DNA of 26,225 nucleotides from Chthoniobacteraceae bacterium (GTDB lineage Bacteria; Verrucomicrobiota; Verrucomicrobiia; Chthoniobacterales; Chthoniobacteraceae): NCBI GenBank assembly GCA_035550335.1, contig DASZPK010000724.1, positions 1 to 26,225 of the forward strand, read 5' to 3'. Shown piece by piece: positions 23,250 to 26,225 of this stretch (position 1 is its first letter; each line of letters starts with the position of its first letter). The notes under the pieces were generated by a model. It saw only the letters and a program-made list of their open reading frames with translations, ran no database searches and was not told where the DNA came from. The position numbers and the translations under genes were made by a program.

Positions 23250-26225
23250 TTACTGCCCGAAATTCAGCGCGGCGTAGCCGCTGTAAATCGATGCCGCGCC
23301 CTGGATGAATTTGTTGCCTGTGACCACGCCCGTCGGGTCGCGCCGACGGTAATCCTGCGCACCAGGAACAAGCTGTCCTGCGGCGGCATTTGCCGGGGCG
23401 GCATCGGCGGAGGCCTTGAGGGGGTAGAGCGGGCCGGGGGCGGGCGGCTGCAGTTTTGCGGCGGCGGCCTGGGCGTTCCAGCCTGCGGCGAGGTCCACCA
23501 TGTCGCCGGGGTTGGCGTCGGTGTGGCGCGCCAGCGGGTCGAGGCGGATGAGGTTGATTTTCACGGTGTCGCGCTCGGCGGCGGGGAGGAGGACGTCGTC
23601 GGAAATTTCCTCGATCATCTTCCATGCGTTGAGATATTCGGGGTCGAGCTTCACGGCTTCGCGGAGCTCGGGGAGCGCGCCGCGCGGGTTGTCCTGCTCC
23701 TTGCGGAGGTAGGCGAGCAGGTAATGCACTTGCGGTTTGTCGGGGCGGGTTTTGGCGAGGTTGGTGAAGACCTGCTCGGCGATGCTTTGCGCGTAGTAGC
23801 CGGCGAACGCCCGCTCGCAGCCGAAGCAGTGGCTCTCCACGCGCCCGAAGCTGTCGGGCATCAATTCATATGCGCGGCGGTAATGTTTCTCCGCGCCCTC
23901 CATGTCGCCCAGCTCGGCCATCCTCAGCGCGAGGCGCGACTGGATGCAATAGGCATCGGCAAAATGCGTGAGCGCTTCGTTATACATGGCGACGGCGCGG
24001 GTGATGAGGCCCGCCTCGTAAAACTTGTCCGCATCCTCGGAATGGCGGATGGCGGTGACCGCGCCGCGATAATTCTCCGCGCCGGTCTTGTCGCCGCGCG
24101 CCTGGAGGATGTCCGCGAGCACGGAATAGACGCGCATGCGGCGGCCGGGGCCGTGCTCGCCATCGGAGGGATCGATCGCCACGGCCTGGCGCGCGACGGT
24201 TTCGGCCTCATCGAGCTTGCCGGCATCGAGGAGGAGCTTCGCTTTCCAGATGAGGGGGCGCGGTTCGAATTTATCGAGGGCGAAAAGGGCGTCGAGCCGG
24301 GCGAGCGCCTCGTCGCGCGGGGCGATTTTGAGGAGGAGTTCGTAGGCGGGATCGTAGCCGCTTTCGACGTTCAGCAGCGCATCGAGGATTTTGCGCGCCT
24401 CGGCGTTGTGGCCCGTGGCGGCGAGGGCGTCGGCGGCGAAATAACCGGCGTAATCGGGATTGCGATCCACGGTCACCTCCTGGGTGAGCACATCCGAGAG
24501 GTCCTTCGCACTCCAGCAGGGGGCGCGGTCGAGGATCGCGAGCACGTCGGCGGGACGCCCGGCGCGGTCGTAAATGCCCATCAATTCCACGAGAAACACC
24601 CGCGCTTCATTCTCCCCCCCGGGCGGCAAATTAATGAGCGCGTCCTTCAACATTGCCTCGGCTTGCGCGGGGCGGCCGAGTTCCTCGAGCGTGGTTGTAA
24701 TTTCATTCGGCCTGATATTGCTCACGCTTGGGACTTGGGCAGGGTTGCTTTGGCCGAACGGGTTGGCAGCGTCTTGATGGGGCACGTAAGCCTGGGCCTT
24801 GTGCAGGGCATCGGTCGCGGCCTGGATGCCCTCGTCCTCCAAATCCTTGCGCCCGAGCACGCCGCCGAGCTTGGCGAGGTCGAGGCCAAGCTGTCCCAAA
24901 TCGTAATCTGAGCGCCCGCTTGCATCCGGCGCGGCCTTCGCGGCATTGGCGATCTGTTTGCGAAGCGCGGCGACGCCGTCATCCACGCGATCAACCGCGA
25001 GATACGCGTGACCGAGGGAGCCCTCGAACCTGATCCGCTCGTTTTCGGAAAGCCCGGGATGCGCCGCCGCCGCCTCCATGAGCGCGAGCATTTTTTTCTG
25101 CTCGCCGGCCCTCACCGCGACATCGAGGTAATCGTCCCAATACGGCAGCGCGGGATTTTCCGCGAGCAAATCGTGGAAAAAATCCGCGAGCTCGGTGGTG
25201 AAGCCGGCGCGCTCCAGCGCTTCGATTGCGTCGTTCGGCACGTTTTCATTGGAGCCGACATGTTTGGCGAGGGCCACCGCTTCCTTCGTGCGGTGGGAGG
25301 CGATCAGCCCGAGCATATAATAGAGCCGCGCGGAGTCGTAGCCATCCGCATTGGAGTTGGCCGATTTCGGGAAACGCTTCTGCATCCCCTCGAAGAGCGC
25401 CGCGGAATCGAGCGACCGGGCGAGGTTCCACTGCGGTTTCTTCATCGAAGTCAGCATTTGCAGCGCGATGCTGCGCGCGAGCTTCGTGGTATCCTCGCCT
25501 TTGACGGAGCTGATGATCGCTTCGGACGCCAGCGCCTTGCGCAGGAACGCCGTGGTCTTCTCAACGCCGACCAGCGAAACGAGGTCGGGCACGGCGATTC
25601 CCGCCATCCCGGGCTGCTGGTCGTCAACCGCGAGCTGGGGGTTGGCGATGGCCATCTCCAGCCGCTTGAGGATTTCGTCGCCGCTGTCGGAATTTTCCAG
25701 CACCATCTCCCGCATTTGATCGATGGCGCCGTCGATGATTTTCCGCGCCTGCTGCACCTGCGCGGGATTGGGCGCCGAGGCTGCGGCGTCGGAGATGCTC
25801 TTGTCGAGGAAGGCTTGGAGATCGTCGAGGTCTTTCTTTAACGCAGCGTTGTCATTGATGAGCCGGTGCGCGATCAGCCGCAGCGACAAGGCGCTGGACT
25901 CGTTGCTGGCCGGGCGGGCATCGACCGCCTTCGCGAGCGCCGGCCATGCGGGCGGCGGCGGAAGCGCCGCGAGCGTCTGCGCGAAATCGCCGTCGAAGCC
26001 ATTGGCATTTATGGTGTGGGACAACCGCCCGCCGCGGTCCACCAGGGAGAGCCATTGAGTGGCCGCCTCCGTGGGATCGAGCGTGGCGGCGGATTTTTTG
26101 AAAGCCTCGACATCGGCCTCGAGTTTCTCGGGCGAATCGGCGGCGGGTTGCGGGGCCGCCTTGCGCGCGCTGCCGATCGCATTCAAGACCGCGTCCGCGC
26201 CCTGCAAATCATCGGCGCGCGCGGG
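23250..26225 (-). CDS. Large secreted TPR-repeat protein, 5'-truncated by the window edge
   Basis: The frame stays open to base 26225 (PARA-DDLQGAD..., an A-x-A signal peptidase-like site). Many TPR-like helices, e.g. AKLLLDAGKLDEAETVARQAVAIDP and YLRKEQDNPRGALPELREAVKLDPEY. Stop TAA at 23250-23252. Confidence 0.88.
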   Translation of the reverse strand, partial: PARADDLQGADAVLNAIGSARKAAPQPAADSPEKLEADVEAFKKSAATLDPTEAATQWLSLVDRGGRLSHTINANGFDGDFAQTLAALPPPPAWPALAKAVDARPASNESSALSLRLIAHRLINDNAALKKDLDDLQAFLDKSISDAAASAPNPAQVQQARKIIDGAIDQMREMVLENSDSGDEILKRLEMAIANPQLAVDDQQPGMAGIAVPDLVSLVGVEKTTAFLRKALASEAIISSVKGEDTTKLARSIALQMLTSMKKPQWNLARSLDSAALFEGMQKRFPKSANSNADGYDSARLYYMLGLIASHRTKEAVALAKHVGSNENVPNDAIEALERAGFTTELADFFHDLLAENPALPYWDDYLDVAVRAGEQKKMLALMEAAAAHPGLSENERIRFEGSLGHAYLAVDRVDDGVAALRKQIANAAKAAPDASGRSDYDLGQLGLDLAKLGGVLGRKDLEDEGIQAATDALHKAQAYVPHQDAANPFGQSNPAQVPSVSNIRPNEITTTLEELGRPAQAEAMLKDALINLPPGGENEARVFLVELMGIYDRAGRPADVLAILDRAPCWSAKDLSDVLTQEVTVDRNPDYAGYFAADALAATGHNAEARKILDALLNVESGYDPAYELLLKIAPRDEALARLDALFALDKFEPRPLIWKAKLLLDAGKLDEAETVARQAVAIDPSDGEHGPGRRMRVYSVLADILQARGDKTGAENYRGAVTAIRHSEDADKFYEAGLITRAVAMYNEALTHFADAYCIQSRLALRMAELGDMEGAEKHYRRAYELMPDSFGRVESHCFGCERAFAGYYAQSIAEQVFTNLAKTRPDKPQVHYLLAYLRKEQDNPRGALPELREAVKLDPEYLNAWKMIEEISDDVLLPAAERDTVKINLIRLDPLARHTDANPGDMVDLAAGWNAQAAAAKLQPPAPGPLYPLKASADAAPANAAAGQLVPGAQDYRRRDPTGVVTGNKFIQGAASIYSGYAALNFGQ

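Noticed and set aside
23811-23840. HCFGCE as a c-type heme-binding site
   Set aside because: The His precedes the motif rather than following it, so it is not CxxCH.
17951-24911. Long plus-strand ORFs 17951..20098, 20483..22027 and 23133..24911
   Set aside because: Antisense shadows of the FtsK and TPR genes, with no recognisable domains.
1-26225. tRNA, rRNA, riboswitch, integrase or transposase
   Set aside because: None recognisable by eye. Intergenic gaps are short and mostly explained by repeats or promoter candidates. An Infernal/Rfam and tRNAscan-SE run would be needed to exclude them formally.

Overview
GC-rich bacterial DNA. It is probably from a PVC-superphylum organism such as Verrucomicrobiota, inferred only from gene content (PEP-CTERM protein, ECF sigma factors, WXG100 type). 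About 20 genes are supported, two of them cut by the window edges. Left part: membrane and secreted hypotheticals, a NAGPA-type phosphodiester glycosidase, a YajO-like aldo/keto reductase, a GT71-like glycosyltransferase with a short nucleotide-sugar dehydrogenase, a TfoX-like protein and stand-alone eutBC. Middle: an ECF sigma factor translationally coupled to a 1057-aa polytopic MSEP-CTERM-like protein with a PEP-CTERM tail, a GH20-like secreted protein, an exported SPKK-rich protein, a TlpA-like redoxin and an ECF sigma factor fused to a membrane domain. Right part, the best candidate for an uncharacterised system: a four-gene minus-strand operon with three WXG100-fold paralogues (WxD instead of WxG) and a membrane-anchored FtsK/SpoIIIE ATPase with three ATPase-like domains, only the middle one intact. 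No other type VII secretion components are present, and a large secreted TPR protein lies upstream. Non-coding features are two copies of a ~138-bp GTAG-REP-doublet/MITE-like element, a family of GC(A/G)AAG hairpin repeats (two end in a -10-like box just before start codons), and a perfect 30-bp inverted repeat inside the WXG100 operon. No rRNA, tRNA, CRISPR array, transposase or integrase was seen. All family assignments come from motifs recognised by eye, not from database searches.
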